From Spirochaetales bacterium (GTDB lineage: Bacteria > Spirochaetota > Spirochaetia > DSM-27196 > SLAA01): a stretch of DNA of 64,000 nt. Shown piece by piece: positions 43,387-51,784 of the stretch (positions are counted from its first letter, which is position 1; each line of letters starts with the position of its first letter). A program made the position numbers and the translations under genes. Under the pieces are notes generated by a model. It made no database searches and was not told the DNA's origin. It worked only from the letters and a program-made list of their open reading frames with translations. The stretch spans positions 755 through 64,754 of the forward strand of contig SLAA01000039.1 of assembly GCA_007127105.1 (NCBI GenBank), written 5' to 3'.

Positions 43387-45636
43387 CTATTCAGGGCCCA
43401 GCTCACCGCTGGAAACCTCTTCTCGCGGCTCGGCTCCAAGCTCAATCTCTCCTGCCGCATGGTTCCGGACTCGGATTACGTTAGCACTGCCAAATATCCC
43501 ACCATCCTCGACACGGTGGCCGCGTGCCACAAGCTCTTCACGCACCTCGTCCGGAATTTCCGGCTCAACGCCAAGACCTCCCTCCGCTATGAAAGGCTGC
43601 GAGGTGTCGGGAACTCCGGTCGTAACAAAGCGTGGCTGTGCAACCGACTCCTCTGCGGTCATTTCAAAGTCCACCAGGCGAACCAGCTGGTGCAGCTGTC
43701 CTTGGGGCTGAAAGTCGGCACCAGTGTTGCCACCCAGAATGTAGGGTTGCCCCTCGCGCAGCACCATATAGGGATTACTGGTATGGCGCACCTTCTTTCC
43801 CTGTTCAATGACATTCGGGTCAGACGCATCGTGGTGCATCATGCGCATTCGGTTGTTGATATGAATACCGGTATCACCGACAACCAGGAACTGGGCTCCA
43901 AGGCTTGTGGTCACTGCGGCCGCATTGCCAAAGGAGTCAATTACGTGAAACGTTGTGGTGTTCGACTCGTTAGGATTCCACGCAAGCACGTCCTCGAACG
44001 GCCACTCCAAGGCGGAGTCCATAGAAATTCTCTCAGCCTGCCGTTGGGCATGCTCACGGGATAACAGCTCCTCAATGGGAACCTCAACATACTCTGGGTC
44101 GGCAACATGCCGGTTGCGGTCCGCTAATGCGAGTTTAAGGGCCTCAACTTGAAGGTGAATAGCCTCCGCACTCTCGGTGCCAAATGAGGCCAGATCGAAC
44201 TCCTCAAGTATGTTGAGGCCAATGAGCATAGTTATTCCCTGACTGTTCGGAGGATTCTGGTACACATCCAGACCTCTGTAGCTCGTCATGACCGGGTCGG
44301 CAAAGCCGGTGTCTTCAAACTCGGTGAAGTCCTCAAGAGCAAACAGTCCGCCATGTTCGTCCGAGAACGTAACAATGGACTCGGCAATAGGGCCGCGGTA
44401 GTAGTGCTCGCGTGCGGCCTCAAGCGCCGCTCGTTCGCCGAACTGCCGGGCATCGGCATACGCCTCTGCAAGCTCGGTGAAGGTCTCGGCCATGGCATGC
44501 TGGTAAATGGTGTCACCGACAGCTGGCATCTCACCGTCCGGCATATAAATTGCCTGCGTATCCGGATAGGCTCTCACGAGGCTTTCGCCGGTCCGTAACC
44601 ACAAAATGAGCGCCTCACTCGCCGGGAAGCCGTTGTGCCCTACCTCAATCGCGGGGGCCAGGAGCTCGTCAAGCGGCAGCACACCATACTCGCTCAGCCA
44701 GTCAATCCAGCCGGACCAGGCCCCGGGAACATTGGCCATGTGCATACCTGACCGGTTGCGAAAATCCGAATCCGCGAAAAGCTCAGGAGTCGCGCCTGAG
44801 GCAACAGGGCCTACTCCATCAAGTGACCGAACACGTTCTTCCTCTGCATCGTAGTACAAGGCCCATGTTCCTCCTCCCAGAATGCTGGAGAACCAGGGCT
44901 CAGTCATACTGAGTACTGCAGCCATGACAAAGGCTGCGTCGGCTGCCGTTCCGCCAGCCTGCAGAGCCTCACGCGCGGCCTCGGTCGCAAGGTAGTGGCT
45001 CGAGACTACTGCGCTTGGTCCAACTGTCTCAAGGTTGGTATTCAGTCCACCTCGGCGCGCAGTTCTGTTGCGCCTGCCATCCTCAAAGGCCAGCACGACA
45101 GCCGGGTGCTCTTCCGGTTCAATACGCTCTCTATTTCCCGAGATAGCGGCCTGAAGCGGTACTCCGGCCTCATCTGGTGTCGCCGCAGGTTGCGCGGCAC
45201 GCAACTCAGCCTCAAGCGCTCGAAAGTCGTTTGCAACTCGACCGTCAAACTCCTGATTGCGGTTCTCATTGAACAATCCAGCGGCAAGGAGTTCAAATGC
45301 CTGACGTGGGGTTTCTGCCGAGCCTGGCACGGAGCCGCTACCGTTGAACTCCGCGAGAAACCCGCTTGAGTTCAGATATTGCTGGTCTGAGAGGTAGTCG
45401 CCATGAGAATTTTGATAATCGAACTCGCGGCTGTCAACCGTTCCGTCCTGAACAACTACTCTCAAATAGGGTGTCCACCCATCCTCACCGTATCGATCAG
45501 CGACCACGAGGTACTCCCCGTCTCCAAGTTCTACCGTGCCGGAAGCACAGGCAGAAATGGCGGCCGCAATCACGATTCCCAACACAAGCGCAGCCTGTGG
45601 AACCAAGGCGTTGGTGTAATTCCTCCATTTCATCAT
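43387..45636 (-). CDS. ggt: Gamma-glutamyltransferase family lipoprotein with ~180-aa N-terminal extension (paralogue 2)
   Basis: 749 aa with GGGGAGA upstream of the ATG. Lipoprotein signal ..VIAAAISAC|A. Residues ~31-208 are of unrecognised family. The rest is a GGT fold (GGTAADAAFVM, SNTTTFHVIDSFGNAAAVTTSLG, GAEPREE). Confidence 0.85.
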   Translation of the reverse strand: MMKWRNYTNALVPQAALVLGIVIAAAISACASGTVELGDGEYLVVADRYGEDGWTPYLRVVVQDGTVDSREFDYQNSHGDYLSDQQYLNSSGFLAEFNGSGSVPGSAETPRQAFELLAAGLFNENRNQEFDGRVANDFRALEAELRAAQPAATPDEAGVPLQAAISGNRERIEPEEHPAVVLAFEDGRRNRTARRGGLNTNLETVGPSAVVSSHYLATEAAREALQAGGTAADAAFVMAAVLSMTEPWFSSILGGGTWALYYDAEEERVRSLDGVGPVASGATPELFADSDFRNRSGMHMANVPGAWSGWIDWLSEYGVLPLDELLAPAIEVGHNGFPASEALILWLRTGESLVRAYPDTQAIYMPDGEMPAVGDTIYQHAMAETFTELAEAYADARQFGERAALEAAREHYYRGPIAESIVTFSDEHGGLFALEDFTEFEDTGFADPVMTSYRGLDVYQNPPNSQGITMLIGLNILEEFDLASFGTESAEAIHLQVEALKLALADRNRHVADPEYVEVPIEELLSREHAQRQAERISMDSALEWPFEDVLAWNPNESNTTTFHVIDSFGNAAAVTTSLGAQFLVVGDTGIHINNRMRMMHHDASDPNVIEQGKKVRHTSNPYMVLREGQPYILGGNTGADFQPQGQLHQLVRLVDFEMTAEESVAQPRFVTTGVPDTSQPFIAEGGLGVEPEIPDEVREELVARGHRVEDGGIFGSANVIRVRNHAAGEIELGAEPREEVSSGELGPE

Positions 45637-45671
45637 ATTTTCTCCCCGTCTTTCGTATTCCTACAAAGACT

Positions 45672-45711
45672 CCCTTTAAAGGTAGTAAGATTCGAGTCCT
45701 ACCGTAAAGGG
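45672..45711. promoter_or_regulatory. Imperfect inverted repeat in the ggt / fadI divergent intergenic region
   Basis: CCCTTTAAAGGTAG (45672-45685), a 13-nt loop, then CTACCGTAAAGGG (45699-45711). This gives 7-bp and 5-bp helices separated by a small internal asymmetry. It lies ~90 nt upstream of the fadI-like ATG. Function unknown. Confidence 0.3.
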
Positions 45712-45799
45712 CAGTACTCCCGTACGAGTTCGGTGGAAAATGGAGAAAGTTTGCGTCAAGGCGGCTACGGTAGTAAACTTGTACATGAGGAGCATAGGA

Positions 45800-47086
45800 A
45801 TGAAGGAACGACTTGCAATTGTAGATGGCATTCGCAGTCCGCTCGCCAAAGCCGGTGGAGAACTCAAAAACGTTTCGGCAGACGATCTTGGCGCCTTTGT
45901 CACCAAACACATTGTGGCGCGAAACTCGGTGGATCCTCACGAAATAGACGAGGTAATCTTCGGAAACGTAGCCCAACCAGCAGATGCTGCCAATGTGGCG
46001 CGCGTCATTGCACTCAAAGCGGGGCTTCCTCGAAACATACCAGCCTACACTGTCCACCGAAACTGCGCATCTGGCATGGAGTCCATAAGCACGGCTGCCA
46101 ATAAAATTTTTGCTGGTGAGGCGAACATCATCATTGCTGGCGGTACCGAGAGCATGAGCAACATCCCCTTGCTTTTCAACCGTGAGTACACCTCATTTGT
46201 GCAGCGCATGATGCGAGCTAAGACACCGCTTCAGAAAATGCGCGTTCTTATGGGCTTTAGACTTCGCTATCTGAGTCCTATTATTGGCGTGCAGCAGGGG
46301 CTTACCGACCCCATATCCGGCATGATCATGGGAGACACCGCGGAGGTGCTGGCTCGTGAGTTTAAAATCTCACGCGAGCGTCAGGACGAGTATGCCCTGC
46401 TGAGTCACCAACGTGCCGTTGCGGCCGCCGAACAGGGAATGCTGGCAAATGAAATTATTCCGATCCCTGTAGGTGAGTACGAAGAACTCCTACAACACGA
46501 TAGCGGGCCGCGGCCGGATCAGAGTGCCGAGGCGCTTGCCAAGCTCAAGCCGTACTTTGACCGTCATAACGGCACCGTGACGGTAGGGAACGCCTGCCCA
46601 CTCACGGACGGTGCGGCAGCAGTGTTGCTCATGTCAGAAAAGGAGGCCAGGCGCCGCAAGTTGGAACCACTTGGATACCTTCGCGAGTACGCCTACGCCT
46701 CGTTGGAGCCGGAACGAATGGGTTTGGGTCCGGTGTACGCCACCTCCAGGCTCCTTCAAAAAGCCAAGGCAAAAATGAGTGACTTTGAGGTCATTGAACT
46801 GAATGAAGCCTTTGCCGCCCAGGTTATTGCAAACGAGATTGCATTTGACTCCGAGGCCTTTGCCAAGCAATACCTCGGCCGCGACTCCAAGGTTGGTTTT
46901 CTGGACCGCAGTCTCCTCAATCCACAAGGCGGAGCAATAGCGGTTGGGCACCCCGTAGGAGCAACCGGCACACGAATCACCGTTCATGTTCTGCGCGAAC
47001 TCAGGCGAACTGGCAAGAATACCGGGCTGGCCACACTGTGTGTCGGCGGAGGACAGGGCGCGGCCTTCCTTCTGGAGGTAGAATGA
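45800..47086 (+). CDS. fadI: Acetyl-CoA C-acyltransferase (3-ketoacyl-CoA thiolase), FadI-like
   Basis: ORF 45740..47086. I chose ATG 45800 (GAGGAG upstream). It is collinear by eye with E. coli FadI, including the FadI-specific inserts (RAKTPLQKMRVLMGFRLRYL; DSEAFAKQYLGRDSKVG). Thiolase motifs NCASGM, GNACPLTDGAAA, GGAIAVGHPVGATG. Confidence 0.85.
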   Translation: MKERLAIVDGIRSPLAKAGGELKNVSADDLGAFVTKHIVARNSVDPHEIDEVIFGNVAQPADAANVARVIALKAGLPRNIPAYTVHRNCASGMESISTAANKIFAGEANIIIAGGTESMSNIPLLFNREYTSFVQRMMRAKTPLQKMRVLMGFRLRYLSPIIGVQQGLTDPISGMIMGDTAEVLAREFKISRERQDEYALLSHQRAVAAAEQGMLANEIIPIPVGEYEELLQHDSGPRPDQSAEALAKLKPYFDRHNGTVTVGNACPLTDGAAAVLLMSEKEARRRKLEPLGYLREYAYASLEPERMGLGPVYATSRLLQKAKAKMSDFEVIELNEAFAAQVIANEIAFDSEAFAKQYLGRDSKVGFLDRSLLNPQGGAIAVGHPVGATGTRITVHVLRELRRTGKNTGLATLCVGGGQGAAFLLEVE

Positions 47087-49236
47087 TGAACTCGGCATGG
47101 AGGCTCACGACACACGAGAATGGCATTGCTGACCTGGTTCTGGATCTACCCGGCGAAAAGGTCAACAAACTCAGCACGGCCGTGATGGAAGAGCTGCGTG
47201 AACTCATGGGACAGTTGGGCGGAATGGCCGAGCAGATAGATGTATTGCTCGTTTCCAGCGGCAAGACTGGGAACTTCATTGCCGGTGCCGATATCACCGA
47301 AATACGGAGTATCACCACCTCCGCAGAAGCCGAGGCCAAGGCGGAGCTTGGACAGGAACTTCTCAACCACTGGGTGGAACTACCCTTCTTGACAGTGTGT
47401 CTCATTGACGGCGCAGCCCTTGGAGGAGGCCTTGAGTTTGCCCTCGCCTGTGACTATCGCGTCGTTACCGACAGCCCCAAGACGAAACTGGGATTCCCGG
47501 AGGTGAACCTTGGAATCATTCCAGGCTTTGGCGGAACACAGCGGTTGCCGCACCTGGTAGGCAAGATCGATGCCCTCGACCTCATACTCAGCGGCAAACA
47601 GATAAGCGGCAAACAAGCCTACAGAATAGGCCTTGCCGATGCCCACCTGCCGCAGGCCTTTGCCGACGAGAAAACTCGCGAGTTCTGCCTCGGGCTCCTG
47701 ACCCCGGAGGGCAGTGCAGCGGCACACACACACCGCAAGAAGGCCCGCAGGAAGTCCCTCCTTCTCGAATGCACCCCAGTCGGACGTATCATCATCTACA
47801 AGCTCACCGAGGTTGAGCTGAGAAAGAAAACCGGTGGGCACTATCCAGCGCCTTTTGCCGCACTCCGAGTGATTCGCAAAACACACCGAATGGGAATGCG
47901 CGCCGGGCTTAAGGTTGAGCGTCACGAGTTTGGTCGACTAGCCCCAAAGCAGATCAGCAAGAATCTGGTTGAGCTCTTCTTTACCGGTGAGGCCCTGAAG
48001 CACCACCCCATTATGCAGGGAGAGGGAGCTCCAGGTGCGATCGAGCGAGCGGCGGTGCTTGGTGCCGGGGTAATGGGTGGGCGTATTGCCTGGTTGTTCT
48101 CCAATAAACAGATCCCGGTGGCGCTGCGAGACATTAGCTGGGAAGCAGTGCAGCAGGGTTGCCGCGCCGCCCATAGCGTCTACAAAGAAGTTGCAAAGCG
48201 TAAATCGCTATCAGCCTCTGAGATCAGCAATGCCATGCAGTTGATCACCGGAACAACCGAGGCTGGTGCCCTTGGCTGGCCCGATATTGTGATTGAAGCC
48301 GTGGTAGAGGATCTGGAGACCAAGAAGAAGGTGCTGAGTGAAACCGAGCAACTGGTTGAACCCGACACAATTCTGGCCACCAACACCTCGTCTCTGTCGG
48401 TAGCCGCAATGTCAGCCGCGCTCAGCCGGCCTGAACAGTTTGTGGGACTGCATTTTTTCAATCCACCCAACCGAATGCCCCTGGTTGAACTGGTTCGCGG
48501 GCCGGATACCTCGGACGACACATTGCGTACCGTGGCCCTCCTCGCACGAAAACTCGGCAAGACTCCAATCCTGGTGAAGGACTGCCCGGGCTTCCTGGTG
48601 AACCGTGTGCTCATGCCCTACCTCACCGAGTCTGTAGCCCTTTTGGAAGAAGGGGCAGACCTGCGTCACCTTGACCAGGTGTTTAAGCAGTACGGTATGC
48701 CTATGGGACCCATTCGCCTGCTTGATGAAATTGGGATCGATGTAGGGAGCAAGGTCGCCGGAATCCTTGCGACGGCATACGGGGAGCGAATGCAGATTAG
48801 CCCCTTCTTTGAAGGAGTAACACAACACCGCGATATGCTCGGCAAGAAAACAAAGGCTGGCTTCTACCTGTATGACAAGAAGAAGCCGCGGCCGAATCCG
48901 GCCATGCAGGAGCTTCTACCGCACACGGAAACCCCAGCAGCAAAGTTCGACGACGAGCAACTCAAACTCCGTCCACTGCTCCTCATGGTAAACGAGGCCG
49001 CCCGATGCATTGAAGAAGAAGTGGTGGAGAGCCCAGCCTTCCTCGACATGGCCCTAATCATGGGAACCGGATTCCCGGCCTTTCGCGGGGGGCTACTGAA
49101 GTGGGCAGATACATACGGCATTGAGCAGGTATACACGACACTCGGCGCTTACGCCGAGAAGTACGGTCCGCGATTTGCGCCTACCCCTCTCATAGAAGAG
49201 CTGGCAAGGAAGGAATCTGGCTTTTATGGTCTTTGA
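47083..49236 (+). CDS. fadJ: Multifunctional enoyl-CoA hydratase / 3-hydroxyacyl-CoA dehydrogenase, FadJ/FadB-like
   Basis: ORF 47038..49236. ATG 47083 overlaps the thiolase stop (ATGA). Crotonase part (FIAGADITE, GGGLEFALACDYRV), then the 3HCDH Rossmann motif VLGAGVMGGRIA. The thiolase-first gene order matches fadIJ. Confidence 0.85.
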   Translation: MMNSAWRLTTHENGIADLVLDLPGEKVNKLSTAVMEELRELMGQLGGMAEQIDVLLVSSGKTGNFIAGADITEIRSITTSAEAEAKAELGQELLNHWVELPFLTVCLIDGAALGGGLEFALACDYRVVTDSPKTKLGFPEVNLGIIPGFGGTQRLPHLVGKIDALDLILSGKQISGKQAYRIGLADAHLPQAFADEKTREFCLGLLTPEGSAAAHTHRKKARRKSLLLECTPVGRIIIYKLTEVELRKKTGGHYPAPFAALRVIRKTHRMGMRAGLKVERHEFGRLAPKQISKNLVELFFTGEALKHHPIMQGEGAPGAIERAAVLGAGVMGGRIAWLFSNKQIPVALRDISWEAVQQGCRAAHSVYKEVAKRKSLSASEISNAMQLITGTTEAGALGWPDIVIEAVVEDLETKKKVLSETEQLVEPDTILATNTSSLSVAAMSAALSRPEQFVGLHFFNPPNRMPLVELVRGPDTSDDTLRTVALLARKLGKTPILVKDCPGFLVNRVLMPYLTESVALLEEGADLRHLDQVFKQYGMPMGPIRLLDEIGIDVGSKVAGILATAYGERMQISPFFEGVTQHRDMLGKKTKAGFYLYDKKKPRPNPAMQELLPHTETPAAKFDDEQLKLRPLLLMVNEAARCIEEEVVESPAFLDMALIMGTGFPAFRGGLLKWADTYGIEQVYTTLGAYAEKYGPRFAPTPLIEELARKESGFYGL

Positions 49237-49288
49237 GCGGATAGCGCATTCGTAGAGACTATCAGTGACGGTGAGCTTGGGCTTCAGC

Positions 49289-50926
49289 TCACTCGTCTAT
49301 ACTGGCATATACCTGCTGGTGAGCTTTTTCCAGTCGGTCTGGGCCAAAATGCCGTTCATGCTTGTAAACCTCGGTAGCCTCGGCCACAAGGTACCCGAGC
49401 ATTGCCCGGTCTTCTTTGTTCAGTCCTCCCCGGTCGGCCTTGGCGTGCAGAAATGAACAGGTGGCGACAAGCTGAAACATCGCCAGACTTAACCGCGTGA
49501 CTCGGCGCAGATAGAACTCGTGAGCGGGCACCCGTTTTCCGTATCGGATCATACCCCGAGCAAGCTGTCGCCGAACTGCCTTCTCCAACCGACAGGCCAG
49601 GGCGTTTGCCTTATGCAGCTCCTTGTGCTCTATGACCAGGCCGTCCAACACTCGGGCTCGCCGAAGCTTGCGCGCAAAGCGCAGCGCACCGAGGGCATTG
49701 CCCCCAAACTCCTTAGCATAGCCGCGCAGCAGGGTGAGAGGTGGATACATGGAGTGAATCTCACTCGTACCCTCAAATATCGTCGTTACTCGGAAGTCAC
49801 GCATGCGCTTCTCGTAGGGCTGGGTGGAAAGAAACCCCGCCCCACCGGCAGTCTGCAGCGCGTCGTACAAGGTGTCCCAGGCGCGCGTGGTACCGTAGAG
49901 CTTGCAGTGACTGCTCTCAATGGCCACGTTGGCCAGTGGGTCGGCCTCCAGGGCCTTAGCAGTGAAGAAGGTCATACTTCGCGCAGCAAAGGCGTGCACC
50001 TTCGCCCGCACAATCTTCTCCTGTATCAGCTCAAACTCTTTAATTGGGCGCCCAAACTGAACACGCCCGGACGCACGAGCATACATGTCCGCGAGTGACT
50101 GCAGCATAATGCCGGATGAAGCCGCTCCAAGGCCCAGCCTTCCGTAATTGAGAATAGTCATTGCAATTTTGAATCCGTCACCGTCCAGACGGTTTTCCAC
50201 GGGAACCCGCACATCTTTAAACTGAATTGCGGTCGTGGAACTAATCTTGAGGCCCATCTTGGGCATATCCTTGCTTATGTGCACCCCTGCCCAGGCCGTT
50301 TCCACAATGAAGGCCCCCATCCCTTTTCCGGGGTTGTTGGGATCTGTTTGGGCAAATACCGTGAGCCCTTGTGCATAGTTTCCATTCGTGATGTAGGTCT
50401 TTCCACCGTTGAGAAGGTAGTGGGTCCCGTCTTCCGAGAGCAAGGCTGTTGTACTAATGCTCTGGGCATCTGAGCCGGTTTTTGGCTCGGTCAGAGCATA
50501 ACCAAACACCATTTCACCCGTGGCCGCCTGAGGCAGGTACTTAGCCTTTTGTTGTTCATTTGCAAAAAGAAGAATGCCCTTCATTCCAATGGAGAGATGC
50601 GCAAGTGGAATGAGACACAGGGCCATGTCGTCACCGGAAATTGACTCAATAACCCGCAGGTACTCACTCAGACTGAACCCCAGCCCACCGTACTCGGCAG
50701 GGACGGTAATCCCAAATAGACCTATCTGCTTCAAGCCCACCATAACCGGCTCGGGCACACGGCCTTCGGCCTCGAGTTGAGCAGGACTATAGTTCGATGT
50801 TACCTCATGCAACCGTGAAACCAGAGACTGCACCTTGCCCTCGTCCACGGCGTCGTAATCCATGAAGAACTGGTCTTTGCGTAAGCTTCCGTGAAAGAGA
50901 TTCTCCAGGAACCCGACATCACCCAT
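49289..50926 (-). CDS. Acyl-CoA dehydrogenase (long form with C-terminal extension)
   Basis: 545 aa. ACAD signatures YALTEPKTGSDAQS and QTAGGAGFLSTQPYEKRMRDFRVTTIFEGTSEI. GAGGGGG lies upstream of the ATG. Confidence 0.9.
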   Translation of the reverse strand: MGDVGFLENLFHGSLRKDQFFMDYDAVDEGKVQSLVSRLHEVTSNYSPAQLEAEGRVPEPVMVGLKQIGLFGITVPAEYGGLGFSLSEYLRVIESISGDDMALCLIPLAHLSIGMKGILLFANEQQKAKYLPQAATGEMVFGYALTEPKTGSDAQSISTTALLSEDGTHYLLNGGKTYITNGNYAQGLTVFAQTDPNNPGKGMGAFIVETAWAGVHISKDMPKMGLKISSTTAIQFKDVRVPVENRLDGDGFKIAMTILNYGRLGLGAASSGIMLQSLADMYARASGRVQFGRPIKEFELIQEKIVRAKVHAFAARSMTFFTAKALEADPLANVAIESSHCKLYGTTRAWDTLYDALQTAGGAGFLSTQPYEKRMRDFRVTTIFEGTSEIHSMYPPLTLLRGYAKEFGGNALGALRFARKLRRARVLDGLVIEHKELHKANALACRLEKAVRRQLARGMIRYGKRVPAHEFYLRRVTRLSLAMFQLVATCSFLHAKADRGGLNKEDRAMLGYLVAEATEVYKHERHFGPDRLEKAHQQVYASIDE

Positions 50927-50961
50927 CTGCGCCCCCTCGTGACAACTGCCAATTACGGTAC

Positions 50962-50990
50962 ACTTTACGCCCGCCGTGGGCGAAAGTCAA
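50962..50990 (-). promoter_or_regulatory. Candidate sigma70-type promoter of the acyl-CoA dehydrogenase gene
   Basis: On the minus strand: TTGACT (50990-50985), a 17-nt spacer, then TAAAGT (50967-50962). The -10 hexamer ends 36 nt upstream of the ATG at 50926. This is a pattern match only. Confidence 0.35.
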
Positions 50991-51029
50991 AAACAAAACA
51001 GAGGCGTCTCTCCGGACTGCTCTATTGGG

Positions 51030-51050
51030 CTATCAGGAATTTCCTGATAG
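51030..51050. promoter_or_regulatory. Perfect 21-bp palindrome CTATCAGGAA-T-TTCCTGATAG (candidate operator)
   Basis: 10-1-10 perfect inverted repeat, with coordinates verified against the frame of ORF 50891..51652. It lies between the two divergent candidate promoters and overlaps the plus-strand -35 element. Confidence 0.4.
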
Positions 51051-51076
51051 ACAACCAAGCGGTCTATGACGAGAAT
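51048..51076 (+). promoter_or_regulatory. Candidate sigma70-type promoter on the plus strand
   Basis: TAGACA (51048-51053), a 17-nt spacer, then GAGAAT (51071-51076). It would start a transcript near 51083 that runs into the terminator at 51142-51174. This is a pattern match only. Confidence 0.25.
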
Positions 51077-51082
51077 GTACAA

Positions 51083-51174
51083 CGGATAGCGGGTGTAGGA
51101 GAGCGGACTCCGTATAGGCCTGTTATTCTTCGTTTGCGCGTGCCTGTCGACCGGTTGGTCGGCAGGCTTTTTTT
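51083..51174 (+). ncRNA. Candidate ~90-nt small RNA (unclassified)
   Basis: It is defined only by the candidate promoter and the strong plus-strand intrinsic terminator. There is no plausible ORF with an RBS, and I did not recognise it as any known RNA family. Confidence 0.25.
51142..51174 (+). terminator. Rho-independent terminator on the plus strand
   Basis: GCCTGTCGACC (51142-51152), GGTT loop, GGTCGGCAGGC (51157-51167). This is an 11-bp stem with one G-U pair, followed by T7 (51168-51174). On the minus strand the wobble becomes an A-C mismatch and no U-tract follows. Confidence 0.7.
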
Positions 51175-51277
51175 ATGCCCAGCTGTCCGGTGCCCGGCGT
51201 CCAGATGTCCCAGCTGTCCGCCACCGGCGAACGCGGGCTCCGTCTTGCGACCTACGCTTCAGCTTCCGTCCGCCGAC

Positions 51278-51784
51278 TCAGTCGCGCACACGGATCACGA
51301 CCAGCCTTGGCTGATCACTGCTCGCACTCAACTCCACGACATCGTCATGAATCCTGAGCCTGTCGGCGGTGAGCGGCGAAACCCACAGTCGGAGCTCCTC
51401 GCGTGGAGGTTCAGCCTCATGGCTTATCTGCAGTGCGCCGTCGTCCCGACGCGTATGCTCATCCGAGGGCCAGGGAAGGCCAGGGCCGTGGGCCCTGTAC
51501 ACCGTGTACAGTGGCTGAATGTGAGCCTCGGGAGTTATTTGGAAACCACCGAAAACCGGCGACTGGCTGACAGAGTGGATATAGTGCAACTCAAAGGTGT
51601 CACCAGGGACGACATCTGTAGAGTAGTAATAGGCGGTGTCGCGCCCAAGTAGTACCTCAAGCTGAAGCCGTGATACATCGCTGCCTGCACAGGCACTCAG
51701 TCCAACACTCAGTACCAAGAGCGCGAACGCACCATGGACTATGCGGCAGCCCGCGGACGGCGCCGCGGCACTGCTACGCCTCAT
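51278..51784 (-). CDS. DUF1850 domain protein (TAXI-TRAP associated)
   Basis: 168 aa with an ATGA overlap onto the permease stop. Lipoprotein-like signal LLVLSVGLSAC|A. The segment FELHYIHSVSQSPVFGGFQI resembles the DUF1850 core, and the gene lies in a TAXI-TRAP operon. Confidence 0.6.
   Translation of the reverse strand: MRRSSAAAPSAGCRIVHGAFALLVLSVGLSACAGSDVSRLQLEVLLGRDTAYYYSTDVVPGDTFELHYIHSVSQSPVFGGFQITPEAHIQPLYTVYRAHGPGLPWPSDEHTRRDDGALQISHEAEPPREELRLWVSPLTADRLRIHDDVVELSASSDQPRLVVIRVRD

Noticed and set aside
45686-45711. tRNA-like T-loop sequence (GATTCGAGTCC) flanked by GGTAG/CTACC, possibly a tRNA fragment or att-site remnant.
   Set aside because: The loop would be 13 nt rather than 7. 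There are no acceptor, D or anticodon arms and no flanking integrase. I kept it only as an unexplained inverted repeat.
50891-51652. 253-aa plus-strand ORF spanning the 50.9-51.3 kb intergenic region and the DUF1850 gene.
   Set aside because: It overlaps the ACAD start and is antisense to DUF1850. The translation is Arg/Pro/Cys-rich low complexity, and it has a GTG start with no RBS. I used it only as a coordinate ruler.
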